DNA of 64,000 bases from Candidatus Limnocylindria bacterium (lineage in GTDB: Bacteria > Chloroflexota > Limnocylindria > QHBO01), in assembly GCA_046262115.1 (NCBI GenBank), contig JBHENJ010000037.1:22993-86992 (forward strand), given 5' to 3'. The notes under the pieces were generated by a model, which did not search any database, was not told the DNA's origin, and saw nothing but the letters and a program-made list of their open reading frames with translations. This document shows, in pieces, positions 1 to 9,478 of the stretch (within the stretch, counting starts at the first letter, position 1; each line of letters opens with the position of its first letter). The position numbers and the translations under genes were made by a program.

Positions 1-586
1 CGGGCTCGCCCTGGAATTCGCGGTGGCCGTCATGCTGGTGGCGCTCGGCGTGCTCAACCTGACCGGGGTCCTGAGCGCGATCACCGCCCGGCTGACCCCT
101 CCGGCGCCGCTGCACGGGCACGCCCATCACCATCTGCACGCGCACGACGCCCGAGGCGAGCCGCACGGGCACGCGCATGCCCACCTGCACGGTCACGGCG
201 TCGACGAAGACCTCGACGCGCCCCATCCGGGGTGGCTGGCACAGCTCGGGTGGTACCAGCTAGTGCGGCCGGTCTTCGTCGGCCTCGTGCACGGTCTGGC
301 GGGAAGCGCCGCGATCGCCCTTCTGGTGCTCAGCACAATTCACGACACGTCGGCCGCGCTGCTCTACCTGCTGATCTTCTCGGCCGGCGTCGCCACCGGC
401 ATGGCGCTGCTGACGACGCTGCTCGGGCTGCCGATCGCCTACGCGAACGTTCACTACCGCCAGGTCAACCGATGGCTCACTGTCGGATCGGGGGTGCTCT
501 CGATCGCCTTCGGCCTCTATCTCGGCTACCAGATCGGCGTAGTCGACGGGCTGTTCACCGGCGACTTCAGGTGGGAGCCGGCCTGA
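1..586 (+). CDS. NicO/RcnA-like nickel/cobalt transporter (5' partial)
   Basis: ORF runs off window start; polytopic membrane protein with long His-rich loop (HGHAHHHLHAHD...HGHAHAHLHGHG) typical of Ni/Co permease/efflux families. Confidence 0.6.
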   Translation, partial: GLALEFAVAVMLVALGVLNLTGVLSAITARLTPPAPLHGHAHHHLHAHDARGEPHGHAHAHLHGHGVDEDLDAPHPGWLAQLGWYQLVRPVFVGLVHGLAGSAAIALLVLSTIHDTSAALLYLLIFSAGVATGMALLTTLLGLPIAYANVHYRQVNRWLTVGSGVLSIAFGLYLGYQIGVVDGLFTGDFRWEPA

Positions 587-1557
587 CCTCCGACGCACGT
601 ATCGAGATCCAGCGCGTCGATCGCGTCGGAGACCGCGACGCGGCCGCGATCGCGGCGTTGGTCGAGCGGGCAGCCGCTCACGAGCGCCACCCGCCGCTCG
701 GCGAGGACAAGTTCCTCCGGCTGCGCCACGGCGACCCGGACACGTTCGGGCTTGTGGTCCGCGACGGGGACCGACTCGCGGCGTACGCCCACGCCACGCG
801 ATTCGCAGCGCACGGTGCGATGCCGGAGCGCCTGGCGGCGGAGCTCGCGGTGGACCCGCCACGCCGCGGCCGCGGCATCGGTCGACGGCTGTTCGCGGCG
901 GTCGTCGATGCGGCGCGCTCGGCGGGCGTGGAGCGCGTAGACCTCTGGGGCCACCGGGCGGAGGCACCCTGCGCGGCACTCGCCCAGGCGTTCGGCATGC
1001 GCGCGACGCGAGCGCTCTGGCAGCTGTCGCTGGACGTCGACAACGTTCCGCACGAGCTACGAAGCGAGCCGCTGCCCGCCGGGGTGGCGATGCGCTCGTT
1101 CCGGCCGCGGCGCGACGAGGACACCGTGGTCAAGCTCGTCCGCCGCGCGTTTCCGGATCACCCGGAGAACGCGACCTGGACGCGCGGCGACCTTGACGAG
1201 CGTACGACCCAGCCCTGGTTCGATCCATCCGCCGTCCTGCTCGCGGAGTCGGAGTCCGGACAGCTCCTCGGGGTGCACTGGATGAAGCTCGCCGGCGGGG
1301 ACGCGGCGGCGGGCGAGGTGTACATGCTCGGCGTGGCGCCGGAGATGCAGGGCCACGGACTGGGACGGGCGCTGTTGCTCGCAGGGCTGGCCGAGATGCG
1401 CCGGCGCGGGATCGGCCGGGCCTTTCTCTACGTCGAGGCCGACAACGACGCCGCGCTGCATCTGTATCGCGAGGCCGGCTTCCGCCGCGAGCACCTCGAC
1501 ACGTGCTACTCGCTCGACCTCTCCCTCTCGGACGGGACGCGCGGCGTCAGCGGCTAG
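571..1557 (+). CDS. mshD: mycothiol synthase-like acetyltransferase (two tandem GNAT domains)
   Basis: Two GNAT acetyl-CoA motifs (RRGRGIGRRLF; QGHGLGRALL) in ~330 aa; in-frame GTG at 571 overlapping upstream stop; longer listed ORF start at 232 overlaps upstream gene and is rejected. Confidence 0.65.
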   Translation: MGAGLTSDARIEIQRVDRVGDRDAAAIAALVERAAAHERHPPLGEDKFLRLRHGDPDTFGLVVRDGDRLAAYAHATRFAAHGAMPERLAAELAVDPPRRGRGIGRRLFAAVVDAARSAGVERVDLWGHRAEAPCAALAQAFGMRATRALWQLSLDVDNVPHELRSEPLPAGVAMRSFRPRRDEDTVVKLVRRAFPDHPENATWTRGDLDERTTQPWFDPSAVLLAESESGQLLGVHWMKLAGGDAAAGEVYMLGVAPEMQGHGLGRALLLAGLAEMRRRGIGRAFLYVEADNDAALHLYREAGFRREHLDTCYSLDLSLSDGTRGVSG

Positions 1558-1769
1558 CCGTCAGTCCCCCGGCGCTCGTTCAGCACCTGAACGACGACGA
1601 CCACGGCGGCCGCGACGAGAAGCAGGTTCACCAGCGGGCCGAGCTCCAGCAGGAGCCCGATAAGCCACAGCACCAGGATCGCCGCCAGCAGCGCCCAGAG
1701 CGTCACGCCGTGGTCACTCCAGCGGCGACAGGAGCGCCACGAAGCCGAGCACGAGCAGCAGCACCCCAA
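1554..1769 (-). CDS. small hydrophobic membrane protein (hypothetical)
   Basis: C-terminal 50 aa form two strongly hydrophobic helices; Cys-rich N-term may be out of real CDS. Confidence 0.3.
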   Translation of the reverse strand: MGCCCSCSASWRSCRRWSDHGVTLWALLAAILVLWLIGLLLELGPLVNLLLVAAAVVVVVQVLNERRGTDG

Positions 1770-1823
1770 TCCCTGCGGCGGCCACGATCGCGGTCAGCGC
1801 GACCGTGCGCCGATCGAAGCGCA

Positions 1824-2294
1824 TCAGGCGAGCGCGGCAAGCAACTGCCCGGCGTGCTCTGCGGCCTTGACCCGCGGGAAGACGTGCTCGACTCGACCAT
1901 CCGGGCCGATGACGAAGGTCGTTCGCTCGACGCCCATGTATGTGCGACCGAACGAGCTCTTCTCGACCCAGACGCCGTATGCGTCAGCGACGCGATGGCC
2001 CTCATCGGCGAGCAGGCGAAACGGCAGGGCGAACTTCCGCCGGAACTTCACGTGGCTGGCGATCGTGTCGGGCGAGATGCCGAACACCTCGACCCCCAGG
2101 TCGCGGAACGCGGCGAACTCGTCGCGGAGGCCGCATGCCTCGGTCGTGCATCCCGGCGTGTCGTCCTCGGGGTAGAAGTAGAGGACGAACCGACGGCCGG
2201 CGAGCGACTCGAGCGAGACCTCGCTGCCGTCGTCCGCCGGCAGCCCGAAGTCCGGAGCGCGCTCGCCCGGAAGCGGGTAGGTCACGGAACGCAC
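1824..2294 (-). CDS. bcp: thiol peroxidase Bcp (peroxiredoxin)
   Basis: AhpC/TSA motif YFYPEDDTPGCTTEAC; GTG start inferred at VRSVTYPLPG giving ~156 aa. Confidence 0.85.
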   Translation of the reverse strand: MRSVTYPLPGERAPDFGLPADDGSEVSLESLAGRRFVLYFYPEDDTPGCTTEACGLRDEFAAFRDLGVEVFGISPDTIASHVKFRRKFALPFRLLADEGHRVADAYGVWVEKSSFGRTYMGVERTTFVIGPDGRVEHVFPRVKAAEHAGQLLAALA

Positions 2295-2361
2295 CTCACG
2301 TGCTCCATGGACAGGCAGGCCGCCATCGTAGCCCGCTTTAGGTCCGGCGCACGGCGCCCCA

Positions 2362-3354
2362 TCAGCGGTCCTCGTCGATGGCAAGCAGGACCGGCGGCAG
2401 CGCCCTCGGGACGAGGCGTGCCGCCATGTCCGCGGCCAGGTCGTCAATGACGGCGTCGGCCGCCTCGCGCAGGTCGTGGTCTGCGGTCGGGATCACGCGG
2501 AGCGATGGCTCGTTTCCCGCATCCCGCAGCGTGCGCTCAAGGATGCGCACCTCGGCGACCGGCACCCAGCTGTCCGACTCGCCGTGGACGAGCGTCACGG
2601 AGCGGTGCAGCATCGTCGCCAGCGCGAGGGGCGGCGTGTGAAACGCCTCGTGCCACCCCACGAGCGAGAGCGGCACCCGCTCGACCGTCACGCCGCCGTC
2701 CGCCGTCCGGACCGACAGCTCGAAGCTCTCCTCTCGGCGATCGGCGCGTTCGACGATGTCCTCGCTCCATCGGTCGAGCGCCGCGATCAGCGGATCGCGC
2801 AGCGGACGGTGGCGGCGCACGGCGACCTGACGACGGAACACGTCGCGGAACGAGCGGGCCGCCGCGCCGACGAGCGTGAGCGCTCCGACCGCCGGATCGC
2901 CGATCGCGACGCTCAACGCGATCGCCGCTCCTTCGCCGTGCCCGACGATCCCGGTCCGGGCCAGGTCGAGCTCGCGCCGTGAGCGTATGAAGCCGATCGC
3001 GTCGCGCGCGTCGTCGACTAGGGTGAACCAGTCGGCGGCCTCCCACGCACCGGCCGACGCGCGGCAGCCGCGCTTGTCGTAGCGCAGGCTCGCGACGCCC
3101 TGCCTGGCGAGTGCCTCGGCGACGCGCGCCAGCAGCCCGCGCTCCGTCCTCCGCGAGTCGAACCAGCGCGGGTGGCCCCGACGGTCAAGGTCACCATCGC
3201 GATCGCGCGGGTACCAGCTCGGGAGGAGGAGCACGCCCGGCGGTCGGCCACGCCGATCGGCCGCCTGAGTCGCGCTGCTGTCGGGGAGCGTCAGCGTCCC
3301 GGCGAGCGTCACGTCCCCGGCCGTGAAGCGCAGTTCCTCCTCGCGGCCGGCCAT
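2362..3354 (-). CDS. alpha/beta-hydrolase fold protein
   Basis: Hydrolase-like layout (LLLPSW..., VGHGEGAAIA elbow, C-terminal HD...); elbow reads G-H-G-E-G rather than GxSxG. Confidence 0.65.
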   Translation of the reverse strand: MAGREEELRFTAGDVTLAGTLTLPDSSATQAADRRGRPPGVLLLPSWYPRDRDGDLDRRGHPRWFDSRRTERGLLARVAEALARQGVASLRYDKRGCRASAGAWEAADWFTLVDDARDAIGFIRSRRELDLARTGIVGHGEGAAIALSVAIGDPAVGALTLVGAAARSFRDVFRRQVAVRRHRPLRDPLIAALDRWSEDIVERADRREESFELSVRTADGGVTVERVPLSLVGWHEAFHTPPLALATMLHRSVTLVHGESDSWVPVAEVRILERTLRDAGNEPSLRVIPTADHDLREAADAVIDDLAADMAARLVPRALPPVLLAIDEDR

Positions 3355-3455
3355 GCGCCGATGATGCCACCGTTCGGCGGCGCGTCGTCCTCGCAGCCGC
3401 CGCCGAGCGGCCGAGCGCCGAGGCGCCGCGCTCGCCGCGCCGTAGACTGCCCGCC

Positions 3456-4745
3456 GTGACGAGCGCGCTGCGCCTCACGCCACCCGCCGAGCCGGTTGGG
3501 TTTGTGCCCGACCCGGGCGCCGAGCTGCCGCGCTCCGCGGACGCGGTCATCGTGGGCGCCGGGCTGGTCGGTGCCTGGACCGCGTACCACCTCACGCGAC
3601 GCGGCGTCCGTCCCCTCCTGATCGAAGCCAATTCGCCGGCGAGTGGCGCCAGCGGCAGGAATGCCGGCATGCTGCTCCAAGGGCTGGGCGGCCACTTCAC
3701 GCGCGTCACGCGGCTGGCGCAGTCCGCCGGCGCGCGCTCGATCCTCGACTACACGTGTCGCTCGCGTGAGCTCGTCATCGCCGCGCACGACGAGATCCGC
3801 GGCGGCGTCGAGCTCGACCAGGCCGGATCGCTCGACCTGTTCCTCACCGATGACCAGGCGGCCGATGCCGACGCGACGATCGACGCGAAGCGGCGCGAAG
3901 GATTGGACGTGCGCCGCATCGGTCCATCTGATCTCGCCGACATGGAGCCCGCGCTCGACACGAGCCGCGTGGTGGGCGCCTCGTGGACGCCGTCCGATCT
4001 GCTCGTCAACCCGTTTCGCCTCAACCTCGGGTTGCTGCATGCCGCGGTGCGCGCCGGTGCGACGGTCGCCACCGGCGTCCGGGTCGAGCGGCTTCTCGAG
4101 GCCGGAGACGGTGTCGCCGGCGTGCGAACGACACACGGCGACGTGTCGGCACCGCGAGTGGTGGTCGCGGCCAACGCGTGGACGCCTGCGCTCGTCCCCA
4201 CCCTGACCGCCGGCCTGACGCCCATCCGCGAGCACGTCTGCGTCACGGAACCGCTTGCGCGCACGCTGGGTGCGGGCTTCGAGACGAACCGCTGCAACGA
4301 GTACTGGCGACAGATGGCGAGCGGCCAGATCGTGATCGGCGGGTTCGCAGTCGCGGACGAGGGGATGGGGATCGGCACGTACTCGATGGAGACGCGGCCA
4401 CCGGTGCCGCCGCTGCTCGCCGTCCTGCTGGCCGAGCTGTATCCCTCGCTGGCGAACGTCCGGATCGTCCGATGCTGGGCCGGTCTCCTGGACTTCGCGA
4501 CGCTCGAGATCCCGATGGTCGGGCCGCTCCCCACGGTCGACGGAGGCCGCATTGACGGCGCCTTCGTCGCCTGCGGGCTCACCGGCCATGGCATGCCGTA
4601 CGCCCCGATCATCGGGCTCCTGCTTTCCGAGCTCATCGCCGATGGCGGGGCGGCGACGCTCCCGCTCGCTCCGTTCGACCCCGCGCGATACGCCGGCGCC
4701 GCGTACGCCCCGACGTGGCTCGAGCCCTTCGGCGTCTCGAGCTGA
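3456..4745 (+). CDS. FAD-dependent oxidoreductase (DAO/glycine-oxidase family)
   Basis: N-terminal Rossmann GxGxxG (VIVGAGLVGAWTAY), DAO-family length and C-terminal GHGM motif. Confidence 0.8.
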   Translation: MTSALRLTPPAEPVGFVPDPGAELPRSADAVIVGAGLVGAWTAYHLTRRGVRPLLIEANSPASGASGRNAGMLLQGLGGHFTRVTRLAQSAGARSILDYTCRSRELVIAAHDEIRGGVELDQAGSLDLFLTDDQAADADATIDAKRREGLDVRRIGPSDLADMEPALDTSRVVGASWTPSDLLVNPFRLNLGLLHAAVRAGATVATGVRVERLLEAGDGVAGVRTTHGDVSAPRVVVAANAWTPALVPTLTAGLTPIREHVCVTEPLARTLGAGFETNRCNEYWRQMASGQIVIGGFAVADEGMGIGTYSMETRPPVPPLLAVLLAELYPSLANVRIVRCWAGLLDFATLEIPMVGPLPTVDGGRIDGAFVACGLTGHGMPYAPIIGLLLSELIADGGAATLPLAPFDPARYAGAAYAPTWLEPFGVSS

Positions 4746-4751
4746 ACGCGC

Positions 4752-5525
4752 TCAGCCCAGCACGAAACGCCAGGTGCCTGCCGCGACACTGACCGCCGTG
4801 GCGGCCGCTCCGGTCGCGGCGGCGCCCGCCAGCACGAGCCAATCGGCGGCCCCGAATGCGCGGTCCCGGGCCGAGGTCCGGCACGGAAGGGCGCCGAAGC
4901 CGCGAGCGTCCATCGCGTAGGCCAGCCGGAGCCCGCGCCGAATGGCGCCGGTGAGCAGCGTGTGGCTTCGGCTGCCGAAGAGGCTAACCGCAGCGACGGG
5001 TGAGCGGCCGGCGTCGATCCCGCGCGCTCGCCGGGCAAGCCCGAGGATCTCCCACTCCATCCGGAAGAGCGGTACCAGTCGTGTGGCGGCGAGCGCGCCG
5101 ATCGCGAACCGCGCCGGGAGGTGGAGCTGCTGGGTCAACGCGTCGGCGAGCTCGGTCGGCTCGACCCGCGCCAGCCCGACGAGGGCGGTGACCGCGATCG
5201 CGACGAGCCGGACGGCGAGCGACGCGCCGTTCAACAGGCTCGTGTCAGTGAGGCGGAGCGGACCCACGGCCCACAGGAGCTCGCCTGGGCCGCCCGCCGA
5301 CAGGAGTGCGTTCAGCAGGCCGATCGCGATCGCCGCGACGACGACCGGCCAGGCCCGGCTGGCGACGGAACGCAGGGGGACGCCCGATGGCGGCATCGCG
5401 ACGATCACTACTGCGAGCACGAGGGCGGCCGTCACGCCGTCCAGCGCAACGAACACGAAGAGCATGAGCACGAACGCCGCGCCCAGCCTCGCGAGTGGGT
5501 GCCGTCGCGCGAGCGCGCCGCTCAC
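4752..5525 (-). CDS. ykoC: ECF transporter transmembrane (T) component
   Basis: CbiQ/EcfT-like polytopic protein; GTG start at 5525 overlapping ATPase stop (GTGA). Confidence 0.8.
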   Translation of the reverse strand: MSGALARRHPLARLGAAFVLMLFVFVALDGVTAALVLAVVIVAMPPSGVPLRSVASRAWPVVVAAIAIGLLNALLSAGGPGELLWAVGPLRLTDTSLLNGASLAVRLVAIAVTALVGLARVEPTELADALTQQLHLPARFAIGALAATRLVPLFRMEWEILGLARRARGIDAGRSPVAAVSLFGSRSHTLLTGAIRRGLRLAYAMDARGFGALPCRTSARDRAFGAADWLVLAGAAATGAAATAVSVAAGTWRFVLG

Positions 5526-6988
5526 GGCGCCGGTGCCGCGGGTGCGAGCGCCGTGACCCGGTCTGCCACGGCCGCGACGAGGAGCCTGTCGTGCGTCGCC
5601 ATGCACACCGCTCGCCCATCGTCACGGAGCCGGCCGAGCAGCCGGCAGAGCTCGGCATGCGCGCGGCGGTCGAGGCCGAAGGTCGGCTCATCGAGGATCA
5701 GCACATCGGGCCGCGTGGCAAGCGCGGTCGCCACACTCAGGCGGCGCTGCTCGCCTCCCGACAGGGTGTGGGGGTTCGCGGCGGCCAGATGCGTGAGGCG
5801 GAGCAGGTCCATGAGCTCCTGCGCGCGGCGCGTCGCCTCTCGGAGGTCGACGCCGGCACGCACGGGGCCGATGATCATCTCCTCGTCGACGCGCCCCGCG
5901 ACGAACTGGTGGCCGGGTTCCTGAAACACCGAGCCGATGTGCCGGACCAGCCGGCGCGCGGTCCACCGAGCGATCTCGAGCTCGCGCTCGGCGGGCGCGA
6001 GAGCCTTTCCGGCTCGGACGACGCCCGCCGTCGCCCGCCGCAGGCCGCCGAGCAGGTGGGCGAGCGTCGACTTTCCGGAGCCGTTTGGACCCATCACGGC
6101 GACCGCCTCGCCCCGCCGCAGCGTGACGTCGATGGCGGGGAGCGCATCGGCCTGCGAATCACGATGACGGTACGTGACCGCGTCCGCGACGACGAGCTCG
6201 GGACGCGCGCGATTACCGACGTCCACGATCGGTGGCGCCGGCCGCGCTGTTGCCGATGCGCCGAGCGGCGTCCAGACGCCGAGCTCGTCGAGCGCGGTTG
6301 CGTGCCTGCCGAAGACCTCGTCCGGGCGGCCGTCGGCGACGACGCCGGCCTCTCCCCCGAGAACGACCACCCGATCTACGAGTTGGAGCGACTCGTCGAC
6401 GCGATGCTCGACGAGGAGGAGCGTTGTGTCGCCGCCGGCAAGCAGCTCGCGAAGGACCGACCGGAACGCCGCGGCGCCGTCGTCGTCGAGGTTCGAGGTC
6501 GGCTCGTCGAGGAGCAACACCCTCGGCCGCATGGCGAGCACGCCGGCCAGCGCGAGCCGCTGCCGCTCGCCGCCCGAGAGCGCCGACGTCGGATGGCTCG
6601 GCCGGTGCGCGAATCGAACGTCCGCGAGCGCGCGTTCGACGCGTGGCCAGATCTCCGCGCGAGGCACGCATCGGTTCTCTAGGCCGAAGGCGACGTCATC
6701 GCCCGCAGTCGACAGGATGATCTGGCTCTCCGGGTCCTGGAAGACAAGACCGGTGCGGCCGCGACCGCGGTCCGGTGCAATGCCTTCCACGCGAAGGGTC
6801 CCCTCTGCCTCCCCGCCGCGCGACGGGTCGAGCAGCCCGGCCAACGCCATCATGAGCGTGCTCTTCCCGGATCCCGAAGCGCCGAGCACGAGCACGCGCT
6901 CGCCGCAGCGCACCTCGAGATCCACGCCGCGGATCGCCCACCGCTCGCGACCGGGGTGACGCCAACCCCAACGACGCGCCTCGACCAC
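5522..6988 (-). CDS. ykoD: ECF transporter ATPase, duplicated (two ABC ATPase domains)
   Basis: Two Walker A (GASGSGKST; GPNGSGKST), two LSGGE signatures, two Walker B; start reassigned to GTG 6988 (~33 aa before first P-loop); listed N-terminal 170 aa overlap the upstream gene and look non-coding. Confidence 0.85.
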   Translation of the reverse strand: MVEARRWGWRHPGRERWAIRGVDLEVRCGERVLVLGASGSGKSTLMMALAGLLDPSRGGEAEGTLRVEGIAPDRGRGRTGLVFQDPESQIILSTAGDDVAFGLENRCVPRAEIWPRVERALADVRFAHRPSHPTSALSGGERQRLALAGVLAMRPRVLLLDEPTSNLDDDGAAAFRSVLRELLAGGDTTLLLVEHRVDESLQLVDRVVVLGGEAGVVADGRPDEVFGRHATALDELGVWTPLGASATARPAPPIVDVGNRARPELVVADAVTYRHRDSQADALPAIDVTLRRGEAVAVMGPNGSGKSTLAHLLGGLRRATAGVVRAGKALAPAERELEIARWTARRLVRHIGSVFQEPGHQFVAGRVDEEMIIGPVRAGVDLREATRRAQELMDLLRLTHLAAANPHTLSGGEQRRLSVATALATRPDVLILDEPTFGLDRRAHAELCRLLGRLRDDGRAVCMATHDRLLVAAVADRVTALAPAAPAP

Positions 6989-7011
6989 CGGCGCGCCCGT
7001 GGCTCGAGCAG

Positions 7012-7617
7012 TCAGACGCGGCGCTGAAGTCGCCCCGAGGGGAACGCGGCGAGCACGCCTGTCTGCGCGAGCGAGCGCACCAGGAGCCACGAGCCGAGAC
7101 CCGCGATGACCACCCCGCTGGCGAGCATGAACGCCCCGATCGCGAGCTGCAGGTCGAAGGAGAGGCCGGGGTAGTAGAGCGGAACGTCGTGCAGCCACTC
7201 GCCCACCGCCGCCGCGGCGCCGGCGAGGATCGCGATCGGCAGGTTCCAGAGCCGGTACAGCGTGAAGGCGAAGACGAGCTCCGCGGCCGCGCCCTGCAGG
7301 AAGCCCGACACGATCGTGTCGAGCCCCCACACCGACCCGAGAAGGGCGGAGACGGTCGCGGCCACGACCTCGGTGAACACGCCCGCGCCGGGTCTGCGGA
7401 TCACGAGTGGACCGACGACCGCGGGCATCAGCCACACACCGGATATCACGTATCGCGCCGGCGCGAGCGCGAGGAACGCCGGCTCGGCCGCGGCCCACAC
7501 GAATCCCCACGCCCAGAACACGACGCCGAACGCGGCGGCGATCACCGCGGCCACCACGATGTCCTCGGTGCGCCAGCCGCGCTCGGCCGTCAGGTCAGGC
7601 GTCATCGGCCGCTTCAT
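7012..7617 (-). CDS. ykoE: ECF transporter substrate-capture (S) component, YkoE-like (thiamine/HMP)
   Basis: ~200-aa 6-TM protein immediately upstream of duplicated ATPase and T component; ykoEDC arrangement under a TPP riboswitch. Confidence 0.7.
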   Translation of the reverse strand: MKRPMTPDLTAERGWRTEDIVVAAVIAAAFGVVFWAWGFVWAAAEPAFLALAPARYVISGVWLMPAVVGPLVIRRPGAGVFTEVVAATVSALLGSVWGLDTIVSGFLQGAAAELVFAFTLYRLWNLPIAILAGAAAAVGEWLHDVPLYYPGLSFDLQLAIGAFMLASGVVIAGLGSWLLVRSLAQTGVLAAFPSGRLQRRV

Positions 7618-8272
7618 CGCGTGCCTCGCGCGGCGACGTCCGTATCTCGAAGACCAGCAGCGCGCCCGAAGCGAGCGCTACGGACGCCGGCCTCGCGACC
7701 ACCTCGTTGCTCACCCCGCGCGCGCGGCCGAAGCGGAGCCGCTCGCCGTGCAGCGGATACCGAAGCCCTTCGGTCACCACGCCGTCTGCGTCGCCGTCGA
7801 TCGGCAGCAGGCTGACGATGTCGCCGACGCCTGCCTCGAGCACGGCGGAGTCGCCGCCGCGGACCGCGCGCACACGGGTCAGGCCATGGGCGATCTCGAC
7901 CGTCCGTCCGGCGAGCGCGGTATCGCCCAGCAGGAGGAGGTTGGCGACCGCGTGGTCGATGCGGAGCCCGCCGAGGCCACCCAGCAATACGATCCGATCC
8001 GCTCCGGCCTCTACCGCCGCATCGACCGCCAGCTCCATGTCCGTCTCGTCCTTGTCCGGTGGCACGGACCGGAGGCGCGTCCCGGACGCACCGAGACGCC
8101 GCGCAACGGCCTCGTCTATTGAGTCGAAGTCGCCGACCACCAGCGCCGGCCGCCGGTCGAGGCGGTCGAGCGATGACGCGCCACCATCCGCCGCCACGAC
8201 GAGGTCCGCACCCGACAGATGCTCCACATCCGCAGGCGCAAGATCGCCGGCTGCCACGACGACGGCTCTCAC
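7595..8272 (-). CDS. thiN: thiamine pyrophosphokinase
   Basis: TPK motifs (VVVAAGDL..., GDFDSI, DKDETDMELAV, LLGGLGGRIDHAVANL); GTG start at 8272 placed 3' of the riboswitch aptamer; listed ATG at 8365 lies inside the aptamer. Confidence 0.8.
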   Translation of the reverse strand: MRAVVVAAGDLAPADVEHLSGADLVVAADGGASSLDRLDRRPALVVGDFDSIDEAVARRLGASGTRLRSVPPDKDETDMELAVDAAVEAGADRIVLLGGLGGLRIDHAVANLLLLGDTALAGRTVEIAHGLTRVRAVRGGDSAVLEAGVGDIVSLLPIDGDADGVVTEGLRYPLHGERLRFGRARGVSNEVVARPASVALASGALLVFEIRTSPREARDEAADDA

Positions 8273-8337
8273 GTGCTCATCGGTCCTCCGATTCGGCAAC
8301 GAGAAGGCGGCGCGTTGGTGGAACGCGCCGCCTGCCG

Positions 8338-8440
8338 ATCGGTACCCGACTCCCTGCGCTGGCATTACCCAGATCAGGTGTGAGGGTCAGCGGAAGATCC
8401 GCACTCTCAGCGCTTGTCGCGCTCCCCTGTCGTCTTCAGT
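8338..8440 (-). promoter_or_regulatory. TPP (thiamine pyrophosphate) riboswitch
   Basis: Minus-strand read: ACAGGGGAGCGC...GCGCUGAGAGUGCGGAUCUUCCGCUGACCCUCACACCUGAUCUGGGUAAUGCCAGCGCAGGGAGUCGGG contains the CUGAGA, ACCCU, ACCUGAUCUGGGUAAUGCCAGCG and AGGGA hallmarks of the THI element. Confidence 0.85.
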
Positions 8441-8488
8441 TGCGTTGCCAGCGTAGCACGCGTCCGGGCGTGGGGCGCTTGCCGCCGC

Positions 8489-9478
8489 CTACGCGCAGGT
8501 CGCGCAGCCGGACGACGTGACGCGGATGGGGACGTAATACCCACCCAGCGTCGCGTAGTCGAACCACCACAAGGCATTGGCGCGCAGGTTGAAGTACTCC
8601 GTGTACCAGCCGACCGGTGGGGTGGCCTTCAACCCGAAGGTGAACGTCCCGATGCCGTCGGGCGGTATGGAGGACTGCTCGGGCCCACTCGCGAGCCACG
8701 CGCTCGACCAGTCGGCGGCCTGGAACGCACTGTTGCGCGTCGCACCGCCGTTCGACGTCGTCGCCGCGAGCATGATGCGGCCGCGCCCGTAGCCGTCGTT
8801 CCCCGCAGTCCAGGTCCGTCCGCCCGCATTCCTGAACTTCACCCAGTGCGCGACGGTCGTGCCCTGCGTGATGTACTCGGTGCCCCCGTTGCTTTCGCTC
8901 GAGTACACGGCGAGCCACGGCACCCGGCCCGGATCAGTCGTCCAGGTCCCGTTCGGGTTGATCGCGTTGGCGGCGAGCCACCAGTCCCGCGCGGTCAAGA
9001 GGGCGTAATGGAGGTGCGGCGCGCTCGAGACCCCGGTGTTCCCGGACAGAGCGATGTTCTGTCCGGCCGACACCGTGGCGCCGATGCCGGCGGAGTACAC
9101 ACCGTTGTTCTGCAGGTGGTAGTAGAGCGTGAACCGGCTGCTGCTGTGCTCGACGAGGACGTAGTTCCCGCCACGGGGATCGCTGTGGTTGTCCGCGGCG
9201 ACGGCCTCGAGCATCGCCGCGACCTTCCCGGCGCGCGCCGCGGCGACCGGCGCATACCAGAGGCCATAGTCGATCCCGGCGTGCCAATGCGCACAGCTTC
9301 CGTAGGCCGGCTCGGAGGACACGCCGGTGCATCCATACGGCTGCGTCACCGCGACCTTGGGGTCGAAGAACGGGAGTGTGTACGGCCCGGTCGCGCCCGC
9401 GACGGGACCGGGCCGGAGCAGCAGCCCGGCGAACAAGATTGCGAGTGAGCCGACCACAGCGGCGATCCGTACGGTCAT
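8489..9478 (-). CDS. secreted M23 family metallopeptidase with C-terminal domain
   Basis: HxxxD (HWHAGIDY) and HLH (APHLHY) M23 motifs; N-terminal signal peptide from MTVRIAAVVGSLAILFAG; ATGA overlap with upstream gene. Confidence 0.8.
   Translation of the reverse strand: MTVRIAAVVGSLAILFAGLLLRPGPVAGATGPYTLPFFDPKVAVTQPYGCTGVSSEPAYGSCAHWHAGIDYGLWYAPVAAARAGKVAAMLEAVAADNHSDPRGGNYVLVEHSSSRFTLYYHLQNNGVYSAGIGATVSAGQNIALSGNTGVSSAPHLHYALLTARDWWLAANAINPNGTWTTDPGRVPWLAVYSSESNGGTEYITQGTTVAHWVKFRNAGGRTWTAGNDGYGRGRIMLAATTSNGGATRNSAFQAADWSSAWLASGPEQSSIPPDGIGTFTFGLKATPPVGWYTEYFNLRANALWWFDYATLGGYYVPIRVTSSGCATCA

Noticed and set aside
260-1133. Long antisense ORFs overlapping mshD (260..979 -, 526..1053 -, 678..1133 -)
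   Set aside because: Typical high-GC artefacts: Arg/Pro/Ala-rich, no motifs, fully embedded in a gene with clear GNAT motifs
3309-5038. Antisense ORFs 3309..4589 - and 3749..5038 - overlapping the FAD oxidoreductase
   Set aside because: Low-complexity R/G/A/S-rich translations; opposite-strand gene has Rossmann and DAO motifs
6989-7510. N-terminal 170 aa of listed ECF ATPase ORF (5522..7510)
   Set aside because: Overlaps the S-component gene on the same strand in another frame and is Arg/Gly-rich; conserved ATPase begins ~33 aa before the first Walker A at GTG 6988
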